A stretch of DNA of 64,000 nucleotides, taken from the IMG/VR virus record IMGVR_UViG_3300035673_000002, positions 8,831 to 72,830 of that record. One strand, written 5' to 3'. The notes below the pieces were generated by a model. It was not told the DNA's origin. It did not search any database and saw only the letters and a list, made by a program, of their open reading frames with translations. This DNA comes from a virus. Its lineage: Duplodnaviria > Caudoviricetes. Shown in pieces: positions 44,767 through 54,467 of this stretch; within the stretch, counting starts at the first letter, position 1; every line of letters starts with the position of its first letter. The translations under genes were made by a program, and so were the position numbers.

Positions 44767-45343
44767 CGGTGGGGCTCCCTGGGGTTGTGCCGAGTGGAAT
44801 TTTAAAACGATGATGCGCTGCGGCGAGCCCGGCGACGCTCGCGAAGCGGTGGAACGGACAATAAAAATCGTTCGGATCATCGCGCCGTGGGCGCGCGCAG
44901 TGCAGGAACGGCGTGGTCTCAGTCACCGGCCAGCGGCATTCGTTCCAGGCGAGATCCAGGAGCGACTTGGCGCCGTGGTCGATGGACATCGAGCGGTGGA
45001 CTTCGGCCGTGGTCGGTTCGCGCGGCTTGGCCGCCTCGGTGGCGCCCTTCGGCCGGATCGTGGGATTGAAATTTCCGCGCGTCGCCGGCGGCTTTTTCGG
45101 CGGTGCGTTCGGGCCCTTGGTCGCCGGCCGGCCGCGGACGTTCATGTGGCCGAAGCCGTGCGTGTGCTCGCCCGGCCATTTGCGCCGGTTCTGGAGGCCG
45201 AGGACCTGGTTTCGGGTGATCGTGATGGCGAACTTGGCGGTCAACTCAAAAGCGATATCGCCGCCCGTGCGGCCCTCGCCCCACATCGCCTTGGCTTCGG
45301 CTACCCACTCCGGATCGTTTGGTTTCGCGTCGCGGTTTGTCAT
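44702..45343 (-). CDS. gcrA: GcrA-family cell-cycle regulator homologue
   Basis: W..E...MW.EG.T...IA, TRNQVLG..R; C-term LLDL...ECRWP...F..C......YC.FH. Confidence 0.8.
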   Translation of the reverse strand: MTNRDAKPNDPEWVAEAKAMWGEGRTGGDIAFELTAKFAITITRNQVLGLQNRRKWPGEHTHGFGHMNVRGRPATKGPNAPPKKPPATRGNFNPTIRPKGATEAAKPREPTTAEVHRSMSIDHGAKSLLDLAWNECRWPVTETTPFLHCARPRRDDPNDFYCPFHRFASVAGLAAAHHRFKIPLGTTPGSPTDGQATAENRSEQVTPQTAHQG

Positions 45344-45664
45344 GGCCCGGCGTCGGCTCCGGGTTGGAGGAAGTTCTCGGCGGCGGCTGGCGGGAGGTGT
45401 CCGCGATGCCCGAACCCCGGGCACGGCGACCACGCGTATGCCCGTTCGCGCGCGTTGTCAAACGAGCCGGGTGACGACGTTGCGAGTCCTGCCGTCGGCG
45501 AGACGCCGGCGCGAGCCGCCTTCGGCGAAGCGCAGCGCCGGCGGGATCTCTGCTCTCTCGGCTCGAGTCCCTCTGTGGTGGAAAAATGCTCTATCGGCAT
45601 TTTCCCACTTTGATGGATCTGTGTTCTAACTGCCGCGCGCGTTCTTTATACGCAGATTTTCTGA

Positions 45665-45841
45665 GGTGACAGCGTCCTAAAACCTGTCCCCTGGAGCGTG
45701 TCACCTTGTCACCATCCTTTGTTTTCAAATACTTGCGCGCATGGATTTTCGAGGCTCGTTCAGGCGTGTCCCCGGCGTTGTAACTTTGAGGGGACACTTC
45801 GGGTGACATGTCCCCTGCTTGTCCCCTGGCGTGTCCCCTGG
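45665..45841. repeat. Array of ten TGTC(C/A)CC heptamers around an AT-rich core (iteron- or operator-like)
   Basis: Copies at 45665(-), 45685, 45699, 45707, 45767, 45789(-), 45802(-), 45809, 45820, 45832. Confidence 0.8.
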
Positions 45842-45883
45842 TCGCTCCGCGGGGCGGTCGGGGCGTCGTCTGCGGCGCCGATT

Positions 45884-45912
45884 TTGACATCATGAAATTC
45901 TTGCCCTATGGC
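45884..45912 (+). promoter_or_regulatory. Sigma70-type promoter TTGACA-N17-TATGGC
   Basis: Perfect -35, 17-bp spacer, upstream of the rightward recombination operon. Confidence 0.55.
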
Positions 45913-46047
45913 TGTCGACGCGTTGCCGACCGACGAGGCTGCGTTCCGCTCTCCGCTTGCGCCATCGGGTGTATTCTAATACCCGGCGCTACCTGAAAGC
46001 ACCGCCTCCCGGCCGCCTGCGCGGCGAACCGAATGGGAGGCTTTCCG

Positions 46048-47319
46048 ATGAAAATCATAGAGTTGCGCGCATCGAATTTTGCGCGGTTGCGGGCTGTGGA
46101 AATCCGGCCCGATGGTCACTTGGTGCCCATCACCGGCGCCAACTCGCAGGGCAAGTCGTCGGTGCTGCGCTCGATCTGGACCGCCCTGGTCGGTCGCGCG
46201 GTGGCGCCTCCGGAGCCGATCCGGCTCGGCGCCGAGAAGGCGGTGATCAAGCTCGACCTGGGGGCGCTGTCGATCGTCCGGACGTTCAAGCGCACCAAGC
46301 ACGACGACGTGACGTCGGACCTGGTCATCACCGACGTCGACGGCGGGCGGGTCACCCGGAAGCCGCAGGAGCTCATCGATGGGCTGCTAGGCGATCTGTC
46401 GTTCGATCCCCTGGCGTTCGCCCGGTCCAAGCCTGCGGACCAGCTGGCGGTGCTCAAGGGGCTCGTGCGCGGGTTCGACTTCGACAAGGCGGCGCGCGAG
46501 CGTCTTCGGCTGTTTGTGGAGCGCACCGATGCGAACCGGCTCGCGAAGGCGTCCCAGACGCGAGCGCTGGGCATCCAGTTGCCGGCGGGCCCGGTGCCCG
46601 CGCCGATCGACACGGCCGCTCTGATGGCGCAGCTGAACTCGGCTAATCAAACGAATGCCACCCGCCAGCGGCAACTCTCGGAGAGCCAGCGGATGGTGGA
46701 TGAGGCGGGTAGGCAGTTGGACGAAGCTGAACGTCTGCGGGCCCGTGCCAGCGCGCTTGAGATCAGCGCGGCCGCTCTGATGAAGAGCGCCGGCGAGGTC
46801 GGGGCGCGGGCGCCGGCGGAGGTTGATGTTTCCGAGATCACGGCCGCGCTTGGCTCGGCCGAGCGGGTGCTCGGGGTGCGCAATCTGCACGAGGAGCGCC
46901 GGCGGCATGAGGCCGATGCCGAGGCGCAGGCGCAGGAATCGCAGCGGCTGACCGAGGCGATCGAGGCGCTGGATGCCGATGCGCAGGAGGCGGTCGAAAT
47001 GGCGAAGCTCCCGGCCGGGCTTTCGCTCACCAGCGACGGCGTGCTGCTCAATGGGCATCCGTTCGAGGTGGCCGGCACGGCCGAGAAGATCGTGGCGTCG
47101 GTCAATGTCGGGATGACGCTCAATCCCGACCTGCGCGTGATGCTCATCGACGAGGGTTCCGAGCTCGACAGCAAGGCGCTCGCTCTCCTGGCGTCGCTGG
47201 CCGAGGAGCGCGATTTCCAGATCTGGTACTGCCGGGTCGAGGAGGGCGAGAAGGGCGCGGGGTTCCGCATCGAAGATGGCAGCAATGTCGGCCAGCGCGG
47301 CGCGGTGGCTGCAGAATGA
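46048..47319 (+). CDS. SMC/Rad50-like ABC ATPase with coiled coil
   Basis: ITGANSQGKSS Walker A, central coiled coil, MLIDEGSELD Walker B. Confidence 0.8.
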   Translation: MKIIELRASNFARLRAVEIRPDGHLVPITGANSQGKSSVLRSIWTALVGRAVAPPEPIRLGAEKAVIKLDLGALSIVRTFKRTKHDDVTSDLVITDVDGGRVTRKPQELIDGLLGDLSFDPLAFARSKPADQLAVLKGLVRGFDFDKAARERLRLFVERTDANRLAKASQTRALGIQLPAGPVPAPIDTAALMAQLNSANQTNATRQRQLSESQRMVDEAGRQLDEAERLRARASALEISAAALMKSAGEVGARAPAEVDVSEITAALGSAERVLGVRNLHEERRRHEADAEAQAQESQRLTEAIEALDADAQEAVEMAKLPAGLSLTSDGVLLNGHPFEVAGTAEKIVASVNVGMTLNPDLRVMLIDEGSELDSKALALLASLAEERDFQIWYCRVEEGEKGAGFRIEDGSNVGQRGAVAAE

Positions 47320-47810
47320 GCACCGAGGACGATATCACGCGCGAGGTCGAGGCTCTGGCCAACGCGCTGACGGATGGCATCGCAGACAATATGCGCTTTG
47401 CCGATCGGAGCGCCGCACGCGCGGCCATCATCCTCGGTCGCGGTTTGCTGGCTCGCGCTCTGCGCAGCCTCGAGCGCATCGCGGTCGCGGTCGAGGGCTC
47501 TCCCGCGCCAGCATCGGCGCGACCGTCTGGGTCGCCCTTTGATCCCGCCGTTCATGAAAAGTGGGAGGCGGCGACAGCGATGAATGAGCGCATGCGCGCC
47601 GCCGCGGTTGCAGGTCAATGGCTGGACTTTAGGATGAATGCTTTAACGCAGATGGTGCCCGGCGATCCGGACTGTGACGCCTGCGCTCTTGCGCGGTCGT
47701 ATCTGCGCGCGCTCGAGAAGATCGCTCGGCTCACGCGCATCGTCGTGGACCAGGCCGAGGCCGAGCACGAGTTGCGGGACGAGTGGCCACAACCGGACGG
47801 GGGCAAGTGA
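47316..47810 (+). CDS. Hypothetical protein
   Basis: ATGA coupling. Confidence 0.55.
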   Translation: MSTEDDITREVEALANALTDGIADNMRFADRSAARAAIILGRGLLARALRSLERIAVAVEGSPAPASARPSGSPFDPAVHEKWEAATAMNERMRAAAVAGQWLDFRMNALTQMVPGDPDCDACALARSYLRALEKIARLTRIVVDQAEAEHELRDEWPQPDGGK

Positions 47811-48793
47811 TGGACGCGATTGCTGTCGACCGACCTAAGCTCCGGGATCCCGGCATTTATTTTGATCTCGACGAGGACGTGTACCACGCCGATCCGGCGC
47901 TGGGCTCGAGCGACGAGCGCCGGCTCGCGCTCAATCCGTCCGACTACTGGTGGGGCTCGTGGATGAACCCGCGGCGGCGGCCCGACAAGGAAACACCCTC
48001 GACGATTCGGGGATCCGCGGTGCACGCCCTCGTGCTCTACGGCGAGGCCGTGTTCGACGAGCGCTACATGCGCGGCGCCGAGCTCACCGAGGATATGACC
48101 GCGGCGGAGAAGGGCGCGCTGACTAAGGCTGCGAACAAGAAGGCGGAGGAGCGCGGCCTCGTGGCGCTCCCGGCCGAGACTTACGACAACATCGCCATTG
48201 CCTCGGCGATGATCGCCAAAAATCCGAAGCTCGCGAAGGCGCTGGTCGGCGGCGTCAATGAGGTTTCGATCTTCTGGCGCGATCGCGCGAATGGCATTCC
48301 GAAGAAGGCGCGCGTGGATTGCATGAAGGTGGCGCGGCGAAACCAGGTTTCCTACCTCGGCCTGGGCGATCTCAAAAGCCTCGTAAACAAATACGACAAG
48401 CCGTTTCCGAAGGCCTGCACCGATGCGATTTCGAACTACCGCTATGACGTGCAGGCGAAGCATTACATGAACGGCTGCTCGCTCATTCCCAAGCTGGTCG
48501 CGGACGGTTGCGTGCACGGCTCGCATGATCCGGACGTGCTCAAACTCCTGGCGTCGACGACGGCGTGCGCGTGGCAGTTTGTGTTCTGGCAGGCCGAGGG
48601 CGCTCCGCTCACGTTCTCCAAGGTGATCTCGCCGGCGAACCCGCTGCTCGAGGTGGCGCAGGCCACGCTCGATCGCGCGGACCACAACTACCTCGATTAC
48701 ATGGAGCGCTTCGGCACGTCGATGTGGCTGCTCGAGGAAGAGCCGACCGAGCTCTTGCTTGAAGAGTTGCCGCCCTGGCACGCGCGGGATTGA
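47810..48793 (+). CDS. PD-(D/E)XK exonuclease (RecE/DUF3799-like)
   Basis: PGIY.D....YH...LGSS, KARVD, DLKS, Y..QA.HY. Confidence 0.8.
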   Translation: MDAIAVDRPKLRDPGIYFDLDEDVYHADPALGSSDERRLALNPSDYWWGSWMNPRRRPDKETPSTIRGSAVHALVLYGEAVFDERYMRGAELTEDMTAAEKGALTKAANKKAEERGLVALPAETYDNIAIASAMIAKNPKLAKALVGGVNEVSIFWRDRANGIPKKARVDCMKVARRNQVSYLGLGDLKSLVNKYDKPFPKACTDAISNYRYDVQAKHYMNGCSLIPKLVADGCVHGSHDPDVLKLLASTTACAWQFVFWQAEGAPLTFSKVISPANPLLEVAQATLDRADHNYLDYMERFGTSMWLLEEEPTELLLEELPPWHARD

Positions 48794-48799
48794 TCGCAA

Positions 48800-49210
48800 A
48801 TGGCTCGCTCCTTCTTCCGCGATTTCACACGCGACGACGGTTCGCGTGTCACCGTCGAATACGAGGTGTCGAGCTACGGTTCGCCCGCCACCTATTCGCC
48901 GATCTCTGGCGCTGATGGCGGCGATGCGTTCGAGATAGAGATCGTCTCCTGCTGGCCGAGCACCGAGCAGTACGATCGCCTTCTCGCCGAGCGTGCGTGT
49001 GAGTTGACCGTGGCTGGGGGGACCTGGCCGTGGGCCTCGATTTGGCGGGCGGCGCTTTGGCTCGATCGGTTCGTCCTGGCCTGGCGGATCAAACGCCTGG
49101 AGCGACGCGCTCAACTCTCCGCATCCGAGAGCGAGCGGTTCGAAGCTAACGTCGCGGAGTTCGGCGATCACTTCCCAGATGACGATGACTGTGACGAGCG
49201 GGGATTTTGA
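48800..49210 (+). CDS. Hypothetical protein
   Basis: Tiles the operon. Confidence 0.55.
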   Translation: MARSFFRDFTRDDGSRVTVEYEVSSYGSPATYSPISGADGGDAFEIEIVSCWPSTEQYDRLLAERACELTVAGGTWPWASIWRAALWLDRFVLAWRIKRLERRAQLSASESERFEANVAEFGDHFPDDDDCDERGF

Positions 49211-49361
49211 AGTGCCGGCCGCCCAGATCGACGAGCGCGCGTTCTTTGTCTGCATGCTCGCGGTGGTCGCTTCGTTTATGGCGTTCTTCGCCGGAGATCG
49301 TGCGTCTGCGATCCTGCTCATGCTGCTGACGCACCTGACCGTGAAAGGGATCCGGCTATGA
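49179..49361 (+). CDS. Small membrane protein
   Basis: Hydrophobic FFVCMLAVVASFMAFF. Confidence 0.4.
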   Translation: MTMTVTSGDFEVPAAQIDERAFFVCMLAVVASFMAFFAGDRASAILLMLLTHLTVKGIRL

Positions 49362-49723
49362 AGTTTTCCGGCGACGCGACCGATGTCACTGCTCTGGTCA
49401 AATATGCCGAGAGCCTCGAGCGCGACCTGGATCGCTCGCAGGAGGCATCGGCCACCGCTCGTGCCGCACTCGGCGCGCAGCTGCAGCAGACGCGCGCGGC
49501 GGTGAATGGGGCGAAGATAGCGGCGGATAACGTGCTCAAGATCATCGAGGACCTGACCGCCCGTTGCGAGGCCTATTCCCTGGTGCTGTGGACCGCGGCG
49601 AACAGTCCTGGCTTCGACGAAACTGCTGTGCGCAAAGTGCTCACGTTTGAGGTTACCGAGTTGCTGGTCGCATTGCGCGGCCAGCCGTGTCCCGTTCCAC
49701 CCAAACCGAAGGAAGCATCCTAA
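49358..49723 (+). CDS. Coiled-coil hypothetical protein
   Basis: ATGA coupling; heptad pattern. Confidence 0.55.
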   Translation: MKFSGDATDVTALVKYAESLERDLDRSQEASATARAALGAQLQQTRAAVNGAKIAADNVLKIIEDLTARCEAYSLVLWTAANSPGFDETAVRKVLTFEVTELLVALRGQPCPVPPKPKEAS

Positions 49724-51123
49724 TGGGCGATCCCCGAGACGACATGGACGGCCCGGTCATTGATCAGGCCGGGAATTCTGTTCTCGATCCGAAGAAGGCG
49801 CTGGCCGAGCCGACGCTCGCGGTCGACCTGGCCGCGGTCGAGTTCGACCGGCTCATCGCCACCGCGCATCGGTTCCCGCGCATCATCAAAACGATGGAGG
49901 CGCAGATCGAAGGCCTGGCGACGCACAACGAGGCCGCGGCGGAGAATTCCGTCTATGCGCTCCCTCGTGGCGGCAAGGCGATCGTCGGGCCCTCGATCGG
50001 CTTTGCGAACATCGTCGCCTCGGCCTGGGGCAATTGCTGGGACCATGGGCGCTGGGTCTACACCGATCGCAAGGAGAAGGTGGTCGTGTGTGAGGGCGTC
50101 TTCATCGATTGGCAGTCCAATCGCCGTCTCTCGACCACCGAGCAGCGCCGGATCGTCGGCTCGAGCGGCCGCATCTACACCGATGACATGATCATCATCA
50201 CGTCGAAGGCTGCCACCCAGATCGCTCGGCGCAATGCGATCCTAAACGCGGTGCCGCGCGCGCTCTGGTTCCCGAGCTATGAGAAGGCGCTTTTCATGGT
50301 TCGCGGCGAGGAGAAGACGCTGCCGGAGCGCCGGTCGAAGGCGATCAAAGCGATGGCGAACTTCGGCATCGATCCGAAAAAAATCTACATGTACCTCAAC
50401 GTGAAAGACGAGGGGGAAATCGGCATCGAGCATATGCCGACGCTGCGCGGCATGTTCGCCCAGCTGCGCGACGGCTCGGTCACGCCCGAGGAGATGTTCG
50501 ATCCGCGGCGCATGATGGGCCGGGGTTTCGACATGGTGGACAATCCGCTCGGCGGCGACGGCGAGGGCGAGGCTCCCGCGGTGCCGGCCGGCGGCGTCGA
50601 AACCAGGGGCGCGGAGCCCGATTCGACCGCGGGCCTGGGCGAGGCGCCGGAGGCTGCCCGCACGGAAGGGGTCGCTGTGACCGGGAAACAGGCCGCCGGT
50701 GAGCTCCCGCTGGAGACCGGGGGGAAGGCGCCCGGTCCTGGCGCCAGCGCACAGGCGCCTGCGGCTGCCCAGTCGGCCGGGGATTCGGCTCCGGCCAAGG
50801 CCGGTCCGGTCGTGTCGGAGGCGGCGGTCGCCCGATCGGCGAAGCCGGCCGCCCAGCAGGAGGCGACGCCGGCGAAGCCTGCTGCGGCCGCTGCGGCGGC
50901 GCCGGCGGAGAACGATGAGCCGACCAACCCTGCCGAGTATGTGGCAGAATGGCTGGCGTTCTGCTCGACGGCGGCGTCGGCGGCCGCCATCCAGAAAAAG
51001 TGGGCCGACGAGCGGGCGCTCCGCAAAGGCCTCGGCGCCAAGAGCGCCGGCGGGTTCTCGGAGGAGCAATTCACGGAATGCACGAGCGCGCGCGCTCGGG
51101 CCGAAGCTCGGCTCGCCGGATGA
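49723..51123 (+). CDS. Probable single-strand annealing protein / recombinase
   Basis: IATAHRFPR, YALPRGGK.I.GPSI.FA.....WGN; paired with the RecE-like nuclease; Ala/Pro linker. Confidence 0.6.
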   Translation: MGDPRDDMDGPVIDQAGNSVLDPKKALAEPTLAVDLAAVEFDRLIATAHRFPRIIKTMEAQIEGLATHNEAAAENSVYALPRGGKAIVGPSIGFANIVASAWGNCWDHGRWVYTDRKEKVVVCEGVFIDWQSNRRLSTTEQRRIVGSSGRIYTDDMIIITSKAATQIARRNAILNAVPRALWFPSYEKALFMVRGEEKTLPERRSKAIKAMANFGIDPKKIYMYLNVKDEGEIGIEHMPTLRGMFAQLRDGSVTPEEMFDPRRMMGRGFDMVDNPLGGDGEGEAPAVPAGGVETRGAEPDSTAGLGEAPEAARTEGVAVTGKQAAGELPLETGGKAPGPGASAQAPAAAQSAGDSAPAKAGPVVSEAAVARSAKPAAQQEATPAKPAAAAAAAPAENDEPTNPAEYVAEWLAFCSTAASAAAIQKKWADERALRKGLGAKSAGGFSEEQFTECTSARARAEARLAG

Positions 51124-51320
51124 ACCCCGAACAGCAGGCGGCCTACGTCAATGCGCAGGCCGCGTGCGCCCTGGCCGAATTGATGGCCATGACGCTCGAA
51201 AACGATATCGCGGTGGAGACCGGTGTGGAGCGGCCGCACAAGCCTCAAGCCTTTCGCAATCTGCCGTTGGCCTACTGTATCGGCCGTAACGATGTCATCG
51301 GCATGTTCGTCGGGAGGTGA
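51120..51320 (+). CDS. Small hypothetical protein
   Basis: MNPEQQAA..; ATGA coupling. Confidence 0.55.
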   Translation: MNPEQQAAYVNAQAACALAELMAMTLENDIAVETGVERPHKPQAFRNLPLAYCIGRNDVIGMFVGR

Positions 51321-51324
51321 GCGC

Positions 51325-51600
51325 GTGAAGATCGACCGGATTTGGATGCTCGAGAAGGCCATGCGCGACTTGCCGGCGCTCCTGAAGGCGGCGCGCGATC
51401 CGGTCGACTATGCGGCGCAGGACCTCGAGGGCTATCGGGCGATGGTGATCTCGGTGGGCGATCACTGCGATGCGGGCGGCACGTTCGATGCGAGCGTGGC
51501 CATCGATCCGGAGACGTCGCACCTGGTGGCCGATGCCGTGCACCGCGTGGTCGCCGATGAACTTCGCAAGCTGAAAGCTGCGGCCGGCCGTGGTCAGTAA
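51325..51600 (+). CDS. Small hypothetical protein
   Basis: GGGAGG RBS, GTG start. Confidence 0.5.
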   Translation: MKIDRIWMLEKAMRDLPALLKAARDPVDYAAQDLEGYRAMVISVGDHCDAGGTFDASVAIDPETSHLVADAVHRVVADELRKLKAAAGRGQ

Positions 51601-51907
51601 AAACACCGAGCTTTGCATGAAGTCTGGTCGTCGGCATGCGCTCGACGTTTTGGCGGCGCTCGATCGGTGCTCCGAGGGCTGCAACACGTTTTGGGCAGTC
51701 GTCCACGAGAGCGGCCGCAACAGTGCGTGCGTCAAATACGCTCTTGATGCCCTTGTGGAACACGGCGCGATCGTGCGCCCGTGGCCGGGCAGGTGGCTCA
51801 TCACCGAGCGCGGCAGGATCGCGCTCGCTCTGCGCGCCGGCAGGATCGAGCGCGCTCGTCATCAGCTAGAAGGTCGGCGCCGCGCGCAGATGGAGACTCG
51901 CCCATGA
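51590..51907 (+). CDS. Winged-HTH-like protein
   Basis: L..LVEHG.I.....W.ITERGR. Confidence 0.55.
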   Translation: MVSKNTELCMKSGRRHALDVLAALDRCSEGCNTFWAVVHESGRNSACVKYALDALVEHGAIVRPWPGRWLITERGRIALALRAGRIERARHQLEGRRRAQMETRP

Positions 51908-52155
51908 CGTATCGAATTGAGCGCTGCCAGTGCGGGCATGCCTCGTGCAAGGATTGGCATGTGCATCCCGTTGCCGCGGTGCAATGCGTCAAGTTCACCG
52001 AAGAGCAGGCGGCCGTCACCGCGGTCGCGCTCGCGAAGCTCGACGGCATCAAAGGACTCTGCATCCGGTGCGGCTCGACCGATAGGAAGGTGGTCGACCA
52101 GTGCGCGTTCGAGGGCGGCGGCATCGGCCCGCGGTGCGAATGGCGGGTGCCGTGA
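51904..52155 (+). CDS. Cys-rich small protein
   Basis: CQCGH.SC and CIRC..C..C. Confidence 0.5.
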   Translation: MTYRIERCQCGHASCKDWHVHPVAAVQCVKFTEEQAAVTAVALAKLDGIKGLCIRCGSTDRKVVDQCAFEGGGIGPRCEWRVP

Positions 52156-52328
52156 TGAGCAAATACGACGATCTGCGCCGCATGCGGGAGCAACAGGTCG
52201 AAGAGAACCGGCGCGATGCTGCAATCGCTCGCCGCCGGCTACGCGAAATCAACTCGGGAAAGGTGAAGCTGCTCTCTGTCGATGAGGTCAAGGCGGCGAC
52301 GTCGCGCAGGCCGAGGAGGCACAAGTGA
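52155..52328 (+). CDS. Small basic protein
   Basis: MSKYDDLRRMRE; coupling. Confidence 0.5.
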   Translation: MSKYDDLRRMREQQVEENRRDAAIARRRLREINSGKVKLLSVDEVKAATSRRPRRHK

Positions 52329-53161
52329 CCAGGATCATCCGTGTCATCGACTTCGAGACCTGCGGGTTTCCTCCGGACAACGCGCAAATCGTCGAGGTGG
52401 CGACGGTCGATCTGGTGCCCGCGCTCGCCGGGACCAGGACCGATGGCAGCGCGCTGCTGCTGTGGCGGCGTGGTCGCGTATGGCAATCGCTTGTCCAGCC
52501 GATGCGCGACATCCCGCCCGAGGCGAGCGCCATCCATCACATTACGAATGACATGGTGTTCGGCTGCCCTGAGTTTCACACTCTCCTGCCGCACATTCTC
52601 GATGGCGATCCCGTGTTCTGCGCCCACAACTCGCGCTTTGAGATCGAGTGCGCGAAGCTCAACGAGCACGTGCCCGTATCGGCGAAGCCATTCGATCCTT
52701 CAGAGCCGTTGGTGCCAGCTGCGTTGCCGCTGTCCGCTCGGCCGATGCTCTGCACGTACAAGGGCGCGGTGACAGCGTGGCCGGATGCGCCGGCGCACGG
52801 CAATCAGGTTATGCGGTACTGGCTCGGGCTTAAGCTGCAGCCTCCGGATGAGCTTCCAGAACTCTACGCCCCGCATCGCGCCCTCGGGGACGCGGTGGTT
52901 ACGGCCGCGATCGCGCGCCGCATCCTCGCAATCCCGGCGTGCACGATCGAGGATTGGCTGGCGCTGTCTTCCGGGCCCATCCTGCTGCCTCGGCTCACGT
53001 TCGGCGAGCATGCGATGAAACCGATCGCGGAAGTGCCGACCAGCTACTTCGACTGGATCGTCAACAAGTCGAAGGGCCCGTGGGATCCCGACGTCATGTA
53101 CACGGCGCAGACGCAGTTGGCGGAGCGCCGCGCGGCGTCGCGCTCGAGGAGTCCGGTCTGA
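52325..53161 (+). CDS. DnaQ/ExoX-like 3'-5' exonuclease
   Basis: ExoI VIDFETCG, ExoII CAHNSRFE, ExoIII HRALGD; C-term FG.H....I..VP..Y..W. Confidence 0.85.
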   Translation: MTRIIRVIDFETCGFPPDNAQIVEVATVDLVPALAGTRTDGSALLLWRRGRVWQSLVQPMRDIPPEASAIHHITNDMVFGCPEFHTLLPHILDGDPVFCAHNSRFEIECAKLNEHVPVSAKPFDPSEPLVPAALPLSARPMLCTYKGAVTAWPDAPAHGNQVMRYWLGLKLQPPDELPELYAPHRALGDAVVTAAIARRILAIPACTIEDWLALSSGPILLPRLTFGEHAMKPIAEVPTSYFDWIVNKSKGPWDPDVMYTAQTQLAERRAASRSRSPV

Positions 53162-53613
53162 TGGTCGCCTATTCCTTCCAGCACCGGTTCGTGGCGCCGA
53201 TCTGCCTGGGCCTCGGGCGCGACATTCCCGAGGGCTTCGAGGTCGGCTCTGGCCTTCGTGAGCAGGAGCCGAAGCGGCAGACGATCCGCGCGATCGGCAA
53301 GAAGCGACACGCGCGTGCCGGCGAACTCGTCCAGCTTTACCACGGGATGCGCACGAAGGGGTGCTTCCAGATCGGCGTCGCGCGTTGCGTCGATTGCCTG
53401 CCGATCTTCATGAAAGTCGGCGATCCGAACCTCGGCCCCTACGTCCGCATCGAGGGGCGCCATCCGTTTGCGGCTCATCATCAACTCGACTACTTCGCGC
53501 GCAACGACGGATTCTCCAACTTCGCCGAAATGACCCTGTTCTGGCTCGATCACCATCCGGCCGAGGCGTACGGTTTCCGCGGCGTCATCGTCTTCTGGGA
53601 GCCTCTCACGTGA
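53161..53613 (+). CDS. ASCH/PUA-like protein
   Basis: YSF..RF, K.QTIR, HARAGE.VQLY.GMRT, FA..DGF. Confidence 0.6.
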   Translation: MVAYSFQHRFVAPICLGLGRDIPEGFEVGSGLREQEPKRQTIRAIGKKRHARAGELVQLYHGMRTKGCFQIGVARCVDCLPIFMKVGDPNLGPYVRIEGRHPFAAHHQLDYFARNDGFSNFAEMTLFWLDHHPAEAYGFRGVIVFWEPLT

Positions 53614-54053
53614 GCCAACGCGCGGGCGATCCTGGCTTCGCGGCGAATTGGTGCGTGCACTATCGCGCCAAGGATCACAAGACTTGCGCGGCGGGCGTGA
53701 ACTACCAGCAACTCGGCGGCGTGGCCGGGACGTATGGGATGCTTCAGCGGTTCCCGTGCTTCCTCAAATATTACGAGCCGGCGCGGTCGGACGCCGTCTC
53801 CTGCAAGCACCTGCGCGTGCCGACGCGTGAGGAGGTGGCCGCACACGACGAGTGGGCGGCCGCTCGAGCGCGCGAGCTTCTCTCTGCGATGGTGGCGATC
53901 GCTCCGCTGCGGGATCAATACAAGGATGTGGGCTTCGCCGGCGTCATCGAGTGCCCGGCCTGTCAGGGCCGTCTGCATCTGACGATCGCGGCTACAAACG
54001 GTCACACGCACGGCAAGTGCGAAACCGAAGGGTGCTTGTCATGGATGGAGTGA
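53610..54053 (+). CDS. Cys/His-rich zinc-binding-like protein
   Basis: WC.HY..C, IECPAC.G.L, NGH.HGKC.T.GC. Confidence 0.6.
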   Translation: MSQRAGDPGFAANWCVHYRAKDHKTCAAGVNYQQLGGVAGTYGMLQRFPCFLKYYEPARSDAVSCKHLRVPTREEVAAHDEWAAARARELLSAMVAIAPLRDQYKDVGFAGVIECPACQGRLHLTIAATNGHTHGKCETEGCLSWME

Positions 54054-54223
54054 AAGTGTTCACGGCCGAGCAGAAGCGCGCGGCCGCTCTGCGCGAGGTG
54101 GCGCTCCGCAAGAACGTATTTCGCCGCAAGGTCCAGGCGGGAACGATGACGGCCGAAAAGGCCGAGCATGAAATCGCGGTGATGCAGGCGATCGCCGATG
54201 ATTACACCGTGGGGTCGGTCTGA
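54041..54223 (+). CDS. Small helical protein
   Basis: K..AA.REV..R...F...V..G.MT...A..EI..M.AI..DY. Confidence 0.55.
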   Translation: MDGVKVFTAEQKRAAALREVALRKNVFRRKVQAGTMTAEKAEHEIAVMQAIADDYTVGSV

Positions 54224-54465
54224 TGCTGATCGGTCGAGGACGCGTGTGCCGCGGCTGCGGCTGCACCGAGACGCATGCCTGCGAAGGCGGGTGCTGCTGG
54301 GTGCTGTTCGACATTCCGCAGACGCCGATCGGTCCGACCGGCGTGTGCAGCGCGTGCGCCGAAGAGGTTGGCTGGAGCCCGGGGCACATGGCAATGATGG
54401 GGCTCGATGAACTTTGCAACGACGAGGCTCGCGCCATCCTGGCGCCGGTAAACCGAGGAGACTGA
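54223..54465 (+). CDS. Cys-rich zinc-finger protein
   Basis: CRGCGCT..HAC.GGC.WV...CSAC. Confidence 0.6.
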   Translation: MLIGRGRVCRGCGCTETHACEGGCCWVLFDIPQTPIGPTGVCSACAEEVGWSPGHMAMMGLDELCNDEARAILAPVNRGD

Positions 54466-54467
54466 CG

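Noticed and set aside
45665-45841. Repeat cluster as a CRISPR array
   Set aside because: Units are 7-10 bp, irregularly spaced, in both orientations, with no spacers or cas genes.
45591-45893. 100-aa ORF across the repeat array as a replication initiator
   Set aside because: No HTH or recognisable motif; its GD.SP-like peptides simply mirror the DNA repeats.
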